From: a phage
Length of the DNA stretch: 64,000 nt
Strand: one strand, 5' to 3'
Sequence record: OZ317122.1
Both the position numbers and the translations under genes were made by a program. Shown here in pieces: positions 31,374 through 41,723 of this stretch (its first letter is position 1; every line of letters begins with the position of its first letter). Below the pieces are notes generated by a model. That model was not told the DNA's origin. It saw only the letters and a program-made list of their open reading frames with translations, and did not search any database.

Positions 31374-32060
31374 TTAAAAATCATGGGTAGAATCAGCTTC
31401 AAGAGCTACTACATAATTCGCATGTTCACCTTCAAATTTAGCAGCGCCTTGTTTACCTTTTGCCCAAAGCAGAAGTTTATAATTTCCTGGTTGCATTTTC
31501 ATATTTGCCATATTGATAATGAAATTAAATGTGTTTTCACCATCATAATCACCAAGAGTCAAAGAATATTTAACACGGGTCAGAGCAGAATCTTCTACTT
31601 TATTAAAACCGTTAATTACGATTTTACCTTCTTTTACTGTGATAGCAATTGTATCAATCTGCAGACCGCGAGATACACGCAACAACTGTTGAAGGTCTTC
31701 AGCTTTAATTTCGGTAACAACAGATGCTACCGGGAATGGAATTGGTTTATTAGGAGCAACTACTGTACTCGGATCGGCTGCTGGCCAAAAAATTGTTGAA
31801 CGGGCATCAGCAATTTTAATATTTCCATCTTCTGACTGGGAAATTTCTGCATCATCATTAACTAGCGACAGAATACCGAGAAAACCGTTCAAATCGTAAA
31901 TTGCTACATCAAAATCAATAACGTCAGAAATATTTGCTTCCGCGTAAGTTGTACCATTAACTGCGCGAGTCATAATAAATTGACCGGATTTAAGCATAAT
32001 GCCAGAGTTAATAGTAGCGAAATTTTTAAGCAGAGCAGTAGTATCTTTAGACAGTTTCAT
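31374..32060 (-). CDS. 45: sliding clamp
   Basis: 228 aa; MKLSKDTTALLKNFATINSGIMLKSGQFIMTRAVNGTTYAEANISD. Confidence 0.9.
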   Translation of the reverse strand: MKLSKDTTALLKNFATINSGIMLKSGQFIMTRAVNGTTYAEANISDVIDFDVAIYDLNGFLGILSLVNDDAEISQSEDGNIKIADARSTIFWPAADPSTVVAPNKPIPFPVASVVTEIKAEDLQQLLRVSRGLQIDTIAITVKEGKIVINGFNKVEDSALTRVKYSLTLGDYDGENTFNFIINMANMKMQPGNYKLLLWAKGKQGAAKFEGEHANYVVALEADSTHDF

Positions 32061-32115
32061 GTAATTTCCTTCAATTCAAATGAGATTTAATTTTATAACT
32101 AATTTAATAAAGCAA

Positions 32116-32505
32116 TTAACGATTAAAATCAGCCGCAATTGTTTCCGCAACAATTTGAGCAGCAACAATTAGACGTTCATCTGCATTACCGCAATAATCA
32201 TCTTCAAGACGTTCACCACATGAAGTCATAATAAATTTAGCACCGGCGTTTAGGGATTCTGTAGTATGTTTGCGCATTAGTTCAATCCATTTATTACTTA
32301 CTTCACGATCGATAGCTTCATAATACGCATGACGAGCAGGTGCAGATTTAATTTTGTTCTGAATAACTTCCATTGCGTTATCAGAAAGAGACAAAACCCA
32401 TGCTCGACGAATTTTATTTTGGTTTTGTGGATTTGATTCAGAACGCACGTGTTTTGGCTGAATATCTTTTACATCAACAGTATAATTCACAGTAATTTTA
32501 GTCAT
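32116..32505 (-). CDS. rpbA: RNA polymerase binding protein RpbA
   Basis: 129 aa in the expected position after 45. Confidence 0.7.
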
Positions 32506-32514
32506 AATACACCT

Positions 32515-32706
32515 TTAGTCATAATAATCAGTAACAGTCCAAGCTTCATTTCTATTGGACATTATTTTTGTATATTCTGCTTTAAATGCATTCCTAAGCA
32601 TAGATTCAGTAACTATATGCTCTTCATTAGAAAAATTATTTCTCAGAATATATCGTTTTATTTCAGGAATAGTTAATAGATGCTGTCCGGTTGAATATTC
32701 TGCCAC
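32515..32706 (-). CDS. small hypothetical protein (45.x position)
   Basis: 63 aa ORF. Confidence 0.45.
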   Translation of the reverse strand: MAEYSTGQHLLTIPEIKRYILRNNFSNEEHIVTESMLRNAFKAEYTKIMSNRNEAWTVTDYYD

Positions 32707-32716
32707 AATTCCTCCG

Positions 32717-32724
32717 TATAAATA
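32717..32724 (+). promoter_or_regulatory. late promoter TATAAATA for the HNH gene
   Basis: exact TATAAATA on plus strand about 34 nt upstream of ATG 32758, followed by AAGGA SD. Confidence 0.6.
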
Positions 32725-32757
32725 TGTTTATCACTCGCTGTATCAAAAGGATATGTT

Positions 32758-33474
32758 ATGAATTATAAACTAATTTATGAAAAGTTAATCTCTAATGCTA
32801 AATCTCGAAAACTTGATTGCTATACTGAATCTCATCACATTATACCACGCTGTTTAAATGGCAGCGATGATGCTTCAAACTTAGTAGATTTAACACCAGA
32901 AGAGCACTATGTAGCTCATCAACTTTTAGTAAAAATTTATCCTTCTGAACCAAAATTAGTCTATGCTGCTAACATGATGACAGTTTCCACGAAATACGCT
33001 AAACGCAACAATAAAACTTTCGGTTGGATTCGTCGTAAACTCTGGGAAATAGAAAAGAATAAAGAATTCTCCCAGGAGACACGAAAGAAAATGTCTGATG
33101 CAGTAGCTAATAAAGCAAGACTAACTTGTCCTCATTGCGGTAAGTCTGGATTAAGTGGGAATATGAATCGTTGGCATTTTGATAACTGCCCAAATCACCC
33201 TAATCCTAAAGTTAGACCACCAATGTCTAAAGAACATAGAAATAATATCTCAAACGGGCTTAAAGCAATCGTTCTTGAAGAAACATCCTGCGAATTCTGC
33301 GGAATGATAGGCAAGAAATGCGTTATCGCAGCGCATAGAAATTTCTGCAAGAAAAATCCAAATGGACGCAAGAAAACTGAAAAGACTGGTACTTGCGTCC
33401 ACTGTGGTAAAGTTACCACTTTCGGAAATTTATCAAGATGGCATAATGATAACTGTAAATATAAACCTAGCTAA
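32758..33474 (+). CDS. HNH homing endonuclease with three zinc-finger modules
   Basis: 238 aa; ESHHIIPRCLNGSDDASNLVDLTPEEHYVAH; three CxxCG...NxxRWH.DNC modules; opposite strand to all neighbours. Confidence 0.8.
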   Translation: MNYKLIYEKLISNAKSRKLDCYTESHHIIPRCLNGSDDASNLVDLTPEEHYVAHQLLVKIYPSEPKLVYAANMMTVSTKYAKRNNKTFGWIRRKLWEIEKNKEFSQETRKKMSDAVANKARLTCPHCGKSGLSGNMNRWHFDNCPNHPNPKVRPPMSKEHRNNISNGLKAIVLEETSCEFCGMIGKKCVIAAHRNFCKKNPNGRKKTEKTGTCVHCGKVTTFGNLSRWHNDNCKYKPS

Positions 33475-35155
33475 TCTTAGCTAAACTAAATCTACCAACT
33501 TTTTCCATTTGAATATGCTGACCATATTCTTGTGGGTCATGGTCTTTATGCGAAATTATGAAGAAGTTGGTATCCTTCAAACCATCTAAAATTTTAGCTA
33601 CATTTTTAATACCTTCAGCATCAAATGCACCGTCATACACTTCATCAAGAAATAAACAACTTATTTTAACACCTGAAACTTTTTCAGCAATATCACGCCA
33701 AGTAAATAAAAGAGCAATATCAATTCGCGCTTTTTCACCTTGACTGAATGAAGCATAACTAAAATCTTCACGACCACGGGATTTAATTGTCTCATTAAAT
33801 TCTTCATCTAATGTAAACACATAATCCGCTTCCATTATTTTAAGATAATGGTTAATCTGCTTATTAAATAATGGAATGTACTTTTTAATAATAGCACCTT
33901 TAATACCAGAATCTTTGAGCATATCAGTCAAAATTCCTCGGTGGTATTTTTCCATTACTAAATTAGTTTTTGTCTTAACAATTTTATCAAGTTCTTCTTG
34001 AAGCAGTGCTATTTCATCAGCATGGTCAATAAACTCAGAAGATGCTTTTTCTATAGCCGCTTTAACCTTTTTAGCTTTATCTACTGCTGCGATCAGAGAT
34101 TGCTTTTTATTGCGAATATCATTTGCTAACGACTGTTGGGTTTTAATATTATCTCGGTATTCATCAACAAGAACTTTTAAATTATCACGATGTGTTGAAA
34201 GCTGTTCAAACGAATGCGTACATTCAGAAACTTTATCTTTAATTTTAGAAACAACTTTATCACCGGAACTTAATTGTGACAAGCAGGTTGGACATAATCC
34301 ACCTTCGTGATACATATTAATGACTTTATTATACGAGTCAATTTTTGATTTAATTAAAACTGCTTCTTGACCGATTTTATTAAATGCATCAGTCGGGTCT
34401 TCGTCTAAAACAATATTAACTAATCTTTCATTAGCTTCTTCTATTTCCGATTTTAGCGTTCTAGCTTCTTTTGCCAAATCATCATACATATTTTGCAGAC
34501 GAGTAAGGTTGTCACCCGTTAATTTTTTCTGGCGTTCAACGTTATCATTATATATTTTAATTTGTTGGATAATACTATCTTTTTTAACATCAAGCACTTG
34601 GTTTTGTGAATTTAATTCGCGTATTAGTGCTTTATTAAGCTTATCCATTTCAGCTAATGTTCCTACCTCAAGCAAGTCTTCCACAAGCTTTCTTCGCGCA
34701 GGGGTCGACAAACCCATGAAAGGGGTATACCCTGCTGTACCAAGGACAACAATCTGCTTGAAACTGGCATATGACATTCCGATAAGCTGTTCAAATTCTG
34801 CTTGGAAATCTTTACTGCTGGCAGATTCATTAAGACGTGTACCGTTAACGGTGATTTCGAAAACGTTCGGTTTTTGTCCTCTTTTGATATAGTACTTTTT
34901 CTCATCATATTCCATCCACAGTTCAACTAAAAGTTCTTTCTTATTTGTGCTGTTTATTAATTGACCTTTCTTTACATCACGAAATGGCTTGCCAAAAAGC
35001 CCAAATGTGATGGCTTCTAACATAGTAGACTTACCACCACCATTTCGTCCAGTAATAAGAGTTTTTTGAACCTTATCTAATTGAATGTCAATAGGATTTC
35101 CACCTACTGACATTATATTTTGGTACCTAACTCGGTTTAGTTTAAAATTCTTCAC
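33467..35155 (-). CDS. 46: recombination nuclease subunit (Rad50/SbcC-like ATPase)
   Basis: 562 aa; Walker A GRNGGGKST; long coiled-coil; C-terminal signature/Walker B. Confidence 0.9.
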   Translation of the reverse strand: MKNFKLNRVRYQNIMSVGGNPIDIQLDKVQKTLITGRNGGGKSTMLEAITFGLFGKPFRDVKKGQLINSTNKKELLVELWMEYDEKKYYIKRGQKPNVFEITVNGTRLNESASSKDFQAEFEQLIGMSYASFKQIVVLGTAGYTPFMGLSTPARRKLVEDLLEVGTLAEMDKLNKALIRELNSQNQVLDVKKDSIIQQIKIYNDNVERQKKLTGDNLTRLQNMYDDLAKEARTLKSEIEEANERLVNIVLDEDPTDAFNKIGQEAVLIKSKIDSYNKVINMYHEGGLCPTCLSQLSSGDKVVSKIKDKVSECTHSFEQLSTHRDNLKVLVDEYRDNIKTQQSLANDIRNKKQSLIAAVDKAKKVKAAIEKASSEFIDHADEIALLQEELDKIVKTKTNLVMEKYHRGILTDMLKDSGIKGAIIKKYIPLFNKQINHYLKIMEADYVFTLDEEFNETIKSRGREDFSYASFSQGEKARIDIALLFTWRDIAEKVSGVKISCLFLDEVYDGAFDAEGIKNVAKILDGLKDTNFFIISHKDHDPQEYGQHIQMEKVGRFSLAKIS

Positions 35156-35415
35156 AAAAGATTCCTTTTAATGTATCTTTTAGACCATTCTATCATATCA
35201 TCATAATCTAAAAAGTATTCATCAAATTCAGCCATGCAAACAACACCTTGTGCTGTTTTTGATGTAATATAAATTATTCCAACATATCTAGAATCTTCTT
35301 CGGTATAATCAATGTTTGCTATGAATTCATCATTAATGTCAAATGTCGAAAACTTCACAGTATGCATCCTTAATACAAGATACGGCCATATCTCGCAATG
35401 ATTTAGGTGTGTCAT
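35152..35415 (-). CDS. hypothetical protein (46.1 position)
   Basis: 87 aa ORF; overlaps next ORF, start uncertain. Confidence 0.4.
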   Translation of the reverse strand: MTHLNHCEIWPYLVLRMHTVKFSTFDINDEFIANIDYTEEDSRYVGIIYITSKTAQGVVCMAEFDEYFLDYDDMIEWSKRYIKRNLL

Positions 35416-35602
35416 TATCTAAAATGTTGAAGTTAAAAGATACAGCCCAATCTGTACAGACCGTAACTTTTTTAATACAATTATCTTCAACCTCTAGCGG
35501 TTCAAACCAATATTCAATAATTTCTTTATGCCCAATATCATCTTTTACTTCACATTCAAAATGCTGACTCATCATAACATTTTTAAATTCATCAAAAGTC
35601 AT
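35339..35602 (-). CDS. hypothetical protein (46.2 position)
   Basis: 87 aa ORF. Confidence 0.45.
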   Translation of the reverse strand: MTFDEFKNVMMSQHFECEVKDDIGHKEIIEYWFEPLEVEDNCIKKVTVCTDWAVSFNFNILDNDTPKSLRDMAVSCIKDAYCEVFDI

Positions 35603-36618
35603 TGTGTTGCCTCTACATATAACTGATTTGCATATTGAATAAGTGCTTCACGGTCAGAATCAGTGATGTCTGGAATTGCATTAATGTATTCTTCCATCAA
35701 CGTCTGAAGAGATTGAACTTCAACTTCTTCACTGTCATCTGACTCGACAGAGTTATCAATCTTTGACACAACTCGTAATGAATGCACAACTTTTTCTAGT
35801 TCAGATTCGAACTTCGTCAGATTTTTGTCTACTTCAGTTACTATAACACGTACTGATAGATTTGTAAAATCTTTATAGTCAATTTTTCCTTTAAATGGAT
35901 AATGAATTCTACGATGCCAGGTAGTATTGTTTGGAATAAATTCCATTCGTTCTGTTTCTGTATCAAACATCCAGAACCCACGAGGGTCATTCTCGTCACC
36001 TGCAGTTAGTGTCCATGGTGTCCCAATATATCTGACGTTAGCAGCCTCAGAGATAGTATGGAAGTGACCAGACCACACCTCTTTATAAGTCTTAAGGAAA
36101 TCAGGTTCAAGACCGTGAGATTTCATTCCTTTATAAAAATAAAATCCATTCAGTTCCCAGTGACCAACACAAAAAGAAGCAGATGAAGTTTTGATGTGCT
36201 CAAGAATTTCACCAGTATTTTCTTCACACATCCAAGGAATTAAATCAATTAAACATCCGTCAAAATCTACTGTAGTAGGCTTATCATATACTTTAACATT
36301 AGGATATTTAGCCAAAAGCTCAGTAGAGGCATTTGGAGTTAAAGTATTTTTAAAGTGCATATCATGGTTTCCTACAACAGTATGTAGGGTAATACCAGCA
36401 TCATCAAGCATTTGAACTATTTCACGAGCGAACTCCATAGTTTTGTGTGTGATTGCTTTTCGCACATCAAAAATATCACCGTATTGAATCCAGGTAGTAA
36501 TTCCATTTTTCTTAGAATATTCTATTGCTTGTTTAATTCCATCCAACTGAATGGATTGAATCCACTCATCATCGGCTTTAACGCCTAAATGCCAATCACC
36601 TAAATTTAAAATTTTCAT
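35599..36618 (-). CDS. 47: recombination nuclease subunit (Mre11/SbcD-like phosphoesterase)
   Basis: 339 aa; metallophosphoesterase motifs DWHLG, GDIFD, GNHD. Confidence 0.9.
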   Translation of the reverse strand: MKILNLGDWHLGVKADDEWIQSIQLDGIKQAIEYSKKNGITTWIQYGDIFDVRKAITHKTMEFAREIVQMLDDAGITLHTVVGNHDMHFKNTLTPNASTELLAKYPNVKVYDKPTTVDFDGCLIDLIPWMCEENTGEILEHIKTSSASFCVGHWELNGFYFYKGMKSHGLEPDFLKTYKEVWSGHFHTISEAANVRYIGTPWTLTAGDENDPRGFWMFDTETERMEFIPNNTTWHRRIHYPFKGKIDYKDFTNLSVRVIVTEVDKNLTKFESELEKVVHSLRVVSKIDNSVESDDSEEVEVQSLQTLMEEYINAIPDITDSDREALIQYANQLYVEATQ

Positions 36619-36778
36619 ATATCAAGAACCGTCATTGAAATGCAAAATAAAATTATTGAAATAAACCCATCTGGCGTGCTAAAGAACCCAATCCAACATG
36701 CTCTAGTGAATAGATAAAATGCAAGAAAAAGTATCACATATCCAAGAAATATCATTATATCAAACTCCGTATAAAGCT

Positions 36779-36796
36779 AAAGGGCCGAAGCCCTTT
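36779..36796 (-). terminator. terminator after alpha-gt (UUCG hairpin plus U-rich tract)
   Basis: aaagggc-cgaa-gcccttt overlapping the stop codon. Confidence 0.55.
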
Positions 36797-37997
36797 ATTT
36801 TGTAATAATGTCAAACTGTTCTTTAAAGCAGAAGCTTGAATCTTGATGCTGATACAAAAATTCATAAGCTTTTTCGCGTTCACGGTCATAAAGAGTTCGG
36901 TCAGATGACAGTTCTTTAATACGTTCAAATGTTGATTCCATGTCATTTTCATCAAACCAAATGATACCGCTATCATGCGAGGTCAAAGGAGTATTATCAA
37001 CACGGAATTTTAAATTTTCGCCAGTAGATTTCCAAAATACCGGAATTGTTCCACATGCACCAAGCTCGAGATGAGTATATTCTAAAGAACGTTGTAGATA
37101 TTTTTTGTCCAACTTACTCAGCTGATAACCAAATCCGGATTTACTCATGCGTTCAAGCATTTCGCTATTTACATAACGGTCAAGAATTTGCGTTGGCAAA
37201 TTAGGAGCAATTTTAATTTGGTCTACTTGATGAAGACGATAATACTCGTATGGAATTCCTTTTTCTTTAATAGGAATGAACGCTGGAGAACGTTCCAGAC
37301 CTTCCATAATAGTACTTAGTCCTGCAGGTTTAAGATGTTTTTCATGAAAATCAAACATCTGATAAAAACCTTTCCATGTAGTCGTACGACCAATCCAACG
37401 GTTGATATTCATGTTAATTTCAGAAACATCTTTCCAGTAGGTTGACCGAACCTTCGCAATATCCATAGGAGGCTGAAAGTTATATACGGTCGGTGCTTCT
37501 TCAATATCATCAAACAGAGAAACTGTTTCTGGATACCATTCTTTCATCAGAACTTTATTAAAATCACCATTATCAGAATGGCTAAAAATAACATCAGCTC
37601 GACGAACAGTTTCTTCTAATCCCAAATTTCGGCGCAAAGAAAGAGAAGAATGGTCATGTTGATAAACTACAACACGAACAGAAGGTTTAATGTTATCAAT
37701 AATTTTTTTATAGTTATTAATAGTGTCTTCTTCAACCGAAGTAGCAGGAACTGAATTGATAATTAGAATATCACAATCATTTACCAGCTTAAGTGTTTTA
37801 TCGTATTCTTTTGCTAATAAAACCGGAATTGAAAATGATTTATAATCATGCGCACAATTACGAGTAAATGATTTATCTTTAGCATAAACCAAAGTTACTT
37901 CATGACCATTTTTAATAAACCAATCACGTTGCTCGAGTGAGAATTTTGTTACACCACAACCTTCAAGACCTCGAGCCATAAAAATACATACTTTCAT
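36795..37997 (-). CDS. agt: DNA alpha-glucosyltransferase
   Basis: 400 aa; ...CIFMARGLEGCGVTKFSLEQRDWFIKNGHEVTLVYAKDKSF. Confidence 0.9.
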   Translation of the reverse strand: MKVCIFMARGLEGCGVTKFSLEQRDWFIKNGHEVTLVYAKDKSFTRNCAHDYKSFSIPVLLAKEYDKTLKLVNDCDILIINSVPATSVEEDTINNYKKIIDNIKPSVRVVVYQHDHSSLSLRRNLGLEETVRRADVIFSHSDNGDFNKVLMKEWYPETVSLFDDIEEAPTVYNFQPPMDIAKVRSTYWKDVSEINMNINRWIGRTTTWKGFYQMFDFHEKHLKPAGLSTIMEGLERSPAFIPIKEKGIPYEYYRLHQVDQIKIAPNLPTQILDRYVNSEMLERMSKSGFGYQLSKLDKKYLQRSLEYTHLELGACGTIPVFWKSTGENLKFRVDNTPLTSHDSGIIWFDENDMESTFERIKELSSDRTLYDREREKAYEFLYQHQDSSFCFKEQFDIITK

Positions 37998-38048
37998 TTA
38001 ATATCCTCTTTGTTTTGGTTTATTTTACCAAAAATTTATAAAGCAATA

Positions 38049-38066
38049 TAGGAGCCGAAGCTCCTA
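38049..38066 (-). other. UUCG-tetraloop GC hairpin upstream of alpha-gt
   Basis: taggagc-cgaa-gctccta in a roughly 240-nt low-coding interval. Confidence 0.5.
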
Positions 38067-38240
38067 TCCACATAATACGCCATACAGAGGCTCGTTAGAA
38101 CTTTTAAATTTTATGCGCTTATATTTTATAGTTCCTTCTGCTTTAGCTTTATCATGAGACTCTTTAAAGCGTCTCATCATTTCCTCTTTAGAGGAACGAA
38201 TTTTATTATAATCTATTTCAGAAGTCTGGGTGTTCATCTT

Positions 38241-38447
38241 TCATAACTGCCACCATTTTTTGACTTGATAAGAATCAACCCACACTTTCATATTGGGGTC
38301 TGCTCTTACAATAGGAGGATTAACTTCTTTAATTGAACTATCATGGTATTCTTTTTCAGAAATTTTCACACAAAGATGACCATTCAAAGATTCAGTAAAT
38401 CCTGCATTAATTTTAAGACGCTTGAATTTTACGTGTGTAAGCATCAA
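38241..38447 (-). CDS. hypothetical protein
   Basis: 68 aa ORF. Confidence 0.45.
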   Translation of the reverse strand: MMLTHVKFKRLKINAGFTESLNGHLCVKISEKEYHDSSIKEVNPPIVRADPNMKVWVDSYQVKKWWQL

Positions 38448-38730
38448 TCATATCCTCAATCTGCGATCTAGTAGTCTTCCAAAGAATACTGATGAGTTCA
38501 TCGTTATATGGCTGTTTCAGAATATCCCGACTTTTCTTGATAGCATATTCGTATTGAGCAAAATTATTGTTTTCAGCTGCGATCTGAGCGTGCTTATAAA
38601 GACGATTCAGTTCGCGTTTGTTTTTAGACAATACCTTATTTGCTTTTCTTTCTGCTTCAAGACGGTTCTTTTCTTCAATAGAAGAAATAAGCTTTTCCAC
38701 TTCATCATTAATTTCGGGTTTATCAGTCAT
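38413..38730 (-). CDS. hypothetical protein
   Basis: 105 aa ORF. Confidence 0.5.
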   Translation of the reverse strand: MTDKPEINDEVEKLISSIEEKNRLEAERKANKVLSKNKRELNRLYKHAQIAAENNNFAQYEYAIKKSRDILKQPYNDELISILWKTTRSQIEDMIDAYTRKIQAS

Positions 38731-38731
38731 A

Positions 38732-38950
38732 TTATTTCTCTAATATAAAATAAAAATCATCATCTGTTAAATGATACCGATAGTTTAATTCTACACCATT
38801 AGATTTAAAAGCGGTATCATACGGATTTTCTGGATCAATATCAATGTCAAGAGCTAAAACTTCCCTGAGATACATTTTAAGTAAATAGGGAATAGCTTCA
38901 ACTTCAGGTATTTCTTCCAAGAATCCGGAGAGGTTAATCGTTAGCCTCAT
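38732..38950 (-). CDS. hypothetical protein
   Basis: 72 aa ORF. Confidence 0.45.
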
Positions 38951-39491
38951 ATAAAAAATCCAAACTAGGAGAATCGTCTACAACACTTTTCTTTTCAGCC
39001 CCCGGTGTTCTATAGGTTGATTCTTCGTAATGCGTCATTTTATCGTAGATGTCTTGAATAAAAGTTTCATCTACTAACGCAACCATATCGTCGTCACGAC
39101 TGTCATAGACATTGTGAACGAAGTAACTATATTTCTTTGCAACTTCCTTACGTTCTTTTTTAATACGTTGGACAAATGCATTAAAACAAGCTTGAGTTAT
39201 ATACGCATGTGGGTTTTTATATTTCGTTTCATCAAAATTGTGAAGCCCCTTAATAGAAGCTTCTATACCATCTGCAATCATTTCTTGTTTCCAAGACTGG
39301 GTGTATCCTGAAAAGTTGAAACGTTTAGATAAGCCTTCTGCAATAAGCATAATGGCTAATCCGATAGTATCATTCTGACGAACTACTTTATTTGGGTCTT
39401 TATTATTTGCTAATTCTGTTTTCCAATCAATAATAGCTTGTAAAAGCTCTTTATTGTTTACGTAATTATATTTAGGCTTAGTTTCTGACAT
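38934..39491 (-). CDS. 55: late-transcription sigma factor gp55
   Basis: 185 aa from [24 protein letters not shown]. Confidence 0.85.
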
Positions 39492-39569
39492 TTTCACCTC
39501 TTAGCTCAATTCATAGATCTATTATATCATAATATTTGAAGATCTATCTTAAAGCATAGAGGATATCAG

Positions 39570-39839
39570 TTATCTAAGTAAGCAGTATGCTTGGAACACT
39601 TTCTCCATCATCTTTTTAAATTCATGAATATCTATGTAATGATCATTAATATCAGCGCGATATAAAAAGTCTAAAAACTTTTTATGGGTATTAGAATATT
39701 TACTTCCAGTTAATTCAGAAACATGGCTTTCCCAATATCCAACACCAGTTTTATTTGGGAAAAATGAAATTTTCATGTATTGGTCAACATAGAAAATACC
39801 AAAATTTTCAATAGCAATAGAAATATTAATTAATTTCAT
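39570..39839 (-). CDS. hypothetical protein
   Basis: 89 aa ORF. Confidence 0.45.
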   Translation of the reverse strand: MKLINISIAIENFGIFYVDQYMKISFFPNKTGVGYWESHVSELTGSKYSNTHKKFLDFLYRADINDHYIDIHEFKKMMEKVFQAYCLLR

Positions 39840-40051
39840 ACATTCATCAACTTAGCCGCTTCAAGAGCTGCATCTAGTGAATCAAATTGGTCAACATATT
39901 CAATCAATTCGCCGTAATTGGCATATAACCACCATTGGCTAAATTCATACTCAAGGATGAATCCGTTTCCTTCAATTTGAGTTAAACCAATGCCATTTGT
40001 ATTTACTTCATATCCAGCAAGACGCAAATCGTTAATAAGAGCTTCGTTCAT
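39836..40051 (-). CDS. hypothetical protein
   Basis: 71 aa ORF. Confidence 0.45.
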   Translation of the reverse strand: MNEALINDLRLAGYEVNTNGIGLTQIEGNGFILEYEFSQWWLYANYGELIEYVDQFDSLDAALEAAKLMNV

Positions 40052-40053
40052 AA

Positions 40054-40380
40054 TTATACCTTAGTAATTTTCAGGTCTGCAAATTTTTTCTTACGTTGAT
40101 TTTTCATGCGACGAATAGTTTTATCGGAAATTTCATGCTTTTGATAAGCTTTAGATTCTACACCAAAAGCTTTAACATCAAATTCTGACAAGATATATTG
40201 AACCAACAATTCACGGACAGTATTGCGTCCAATCTTCTGATCATTCTGTTTCATCGTCTGATGAAGCTCTTTTTCCCATTTATCCAAAATTTGAGGAGTT
40301 ACAATATCGCCTTTTTCTAGCAAAGAAACTACTTTATCATATGCGTAAGAATTGATGGCGTTTTTAATTTGAATAGTCAT
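40054..40380 (-). CDS. hypothetical protein
   Basis: 108 aa ORF. Confidence 0.5.
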   Translation of the reverse strand: MTIQIKNAINSYAYDKVVSLLEKGDIVTPQILDKWEKELHQTMKQNDQKIGRNTVRELLVQYILSEFDVKAFGVESKAYQKHEISDKTIRRMKNQRKKKFADLKITKV

Positions 40381-40418
40381 ACATTATCCTCAATTACGTT
40401 AAAATTTTATTATCCAAA

Positions 40419-40434
40419 AAGGGCCGAAGCCCTT
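40419..40434 (-). terminator. UUCG hairpin terminator
   Basis: aagggc-cgaa-gccctt preceded by A5 on plus strand. Confidence 0.55.
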
Positions 40435-40633
40435 AGCTAAACTTTTTGGCACCCTTCCAGCCTTCGTACATCATTGCGACTGACAATGACAAAGCTCCTT
40501 CACATGCTGCATACTTATTATTCCAGAACCAATTTAGAAAAACTTCATCCTCAATACCATTGTGTTTCATGTTCTGGAAAAATTTGGCGCGTTCTTCAGC
40601 AATTCGCTGCGATAATTTAGATTCAGGATTCAT
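40433..40633 (-). CDS. hypothetical protein
   Basis: 66 aa ORF. Confidence 0.45.
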   Translation of the reverse strand: MNPESKLSQRIAEERAKFFQNMKHNGIEDEVFLNWFWNNKYAACEGALSLSVAMMYEGWKGAKKFS

Positions 40634-40849
40634 TTAAATTTCCCAATTACCATTTTCATCAATAAATTTAATCCAGTCATTTACTGACCACTTAGTTGTA
40701 TCACCTTTTGGAGTAACATTTAAAATATATAGCCCTTGCTTAAAAAGCATTCGTTTGATATTCATATTTTCCTCAGCTGTAACGATAGCACTCGTTTGAT
40801 TTACGTTTAGCAACTCGTTGAGAAATATTATAATCAAAATCATCGTCAA
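40634..40849 (-). CDS. hypothetical protein
   Basis: 71 aa ORF. Confidence 0.45.
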   Translation of the reverse strand: MTMILIIIFLNELLNVNQTSAIVTAEENMNIKRMLFKQGLYILNVTPKGDTTKWSVNDWIKFIDENGNWEI

Positions 40850-41105
40850 TGTAAACTGATTTTTTCAACTTTCTTACTTCACCACGTAATTGACGATTCA
40901 ATTCATTCTTAACCTCTGAATCAACACCTCGCATACGTCGCCATTTATCTGAGCGAAAAATGTTTTCAACCATATCTTTATGACTTACACCATCAGGAGC
41001 TTTACGCTTTCCGAAATAGTCATAATCACGCACTTTTAAGTCTTTACGACGATACGTTTTACCCATGGAGTTTAATTTCCTTAGCAACTGAACTAAATGC
41101 AGCAC
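40773..41105 (-). CDS. hypothetical basic protein
   Basis: 110 aa ORF; 5' part overlaps neighbour, start uncertain. Confidence 0.4.
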   Translation of the reverse strand: MLHLVQLLRKLNSMGKTYRRKDLKVRDYDYFGKRKAPDGVSHKDMVENIFRSDKWRRMRGVDSEVKNELNRQLRGEVRKLKKSVYIDDDFDYNISQRVAKRKSNECYRYS

Positions 41106-41241
41106 GATCGCAAATCATGCGTTTATGTAACTTGAGTATAATATAGCAAACTTCAAAACTATTTACATGAGTAACACGAACAGCATTACCATTAATGAGA
41201 TAATACTGTCCCTTTTTAATTTCTTTATCAACCATAACCAT
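41059..41241 (-). CDS. hypothetical protein
   Basis: 60 aa ORF downstream of an early promoter at about 41265-41300. Confidence 0.45.
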   Translation of the reverse strand: MVMVDKEIKKGQYYLINGNAVRVTHVNSFEVCYIILKLHKRMICDRAAFSSVAKEIKLHG

Positions 41242-41399
41242 ATCAATTCCTCAAAGGCAATTCATATGTTAATAATACCACAGTTTGAGCTCGTTGTAAA
41301 CAACTTTGTGAAAATTATTTTAGGGAATGATAAGAAGGGAACGATAGCTTAGAATGGTAATATACAGAATGTGAGAAAGAAGGACCCAGAGGGCCCGTC

Positions 41400-41723
41400 T
41401 TAGTCTTCTATGATATCTCTATCATATCCAAGTGAAATGAGAGTTTCTTTGAAGTGTTTAATGTTCTTTTGTCTAGAATCATTAATGAAAATGACTGGAT
41501 AACGAATGTTAAGAGATGTGAATCCAGCGCGTTTAGCAAGAGATACAATCAGCGGACGATCATACTCAATCTTACCGTTATTTGTAAGAACTTTATAGAA
41601 AGTAAAAGGAGCATTGAGCTCCTTTAGAAGTTTTGTAACTGATTGACATCCAGGACAACGACCTACTTCTTCGGGGATGCCATAGATTTCAATCTTATTC
41701 TTTAAGTTCGAGTTTTGTTCCAC
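41400..41723 (-). CDS. glutaredoxin-like protein (NrdH-like), start uncertain
   Basis: CPGC active site in KIEIYGIPEEVGRCPGCQSV; track ORF 41400..41852 is over-extended into the upstream gene. Confidence 0.5.
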   Translation of the reverse strand: MEQNSNLKNKIEIYGIPEEVGRCPGCQSVTKLLKELNAPFTFYKVLTNNGKIEYDRPLIVSLAKRAGFTSLNIRYPVIFINDSRQKNIKHFKETLISLGYDRDIIED

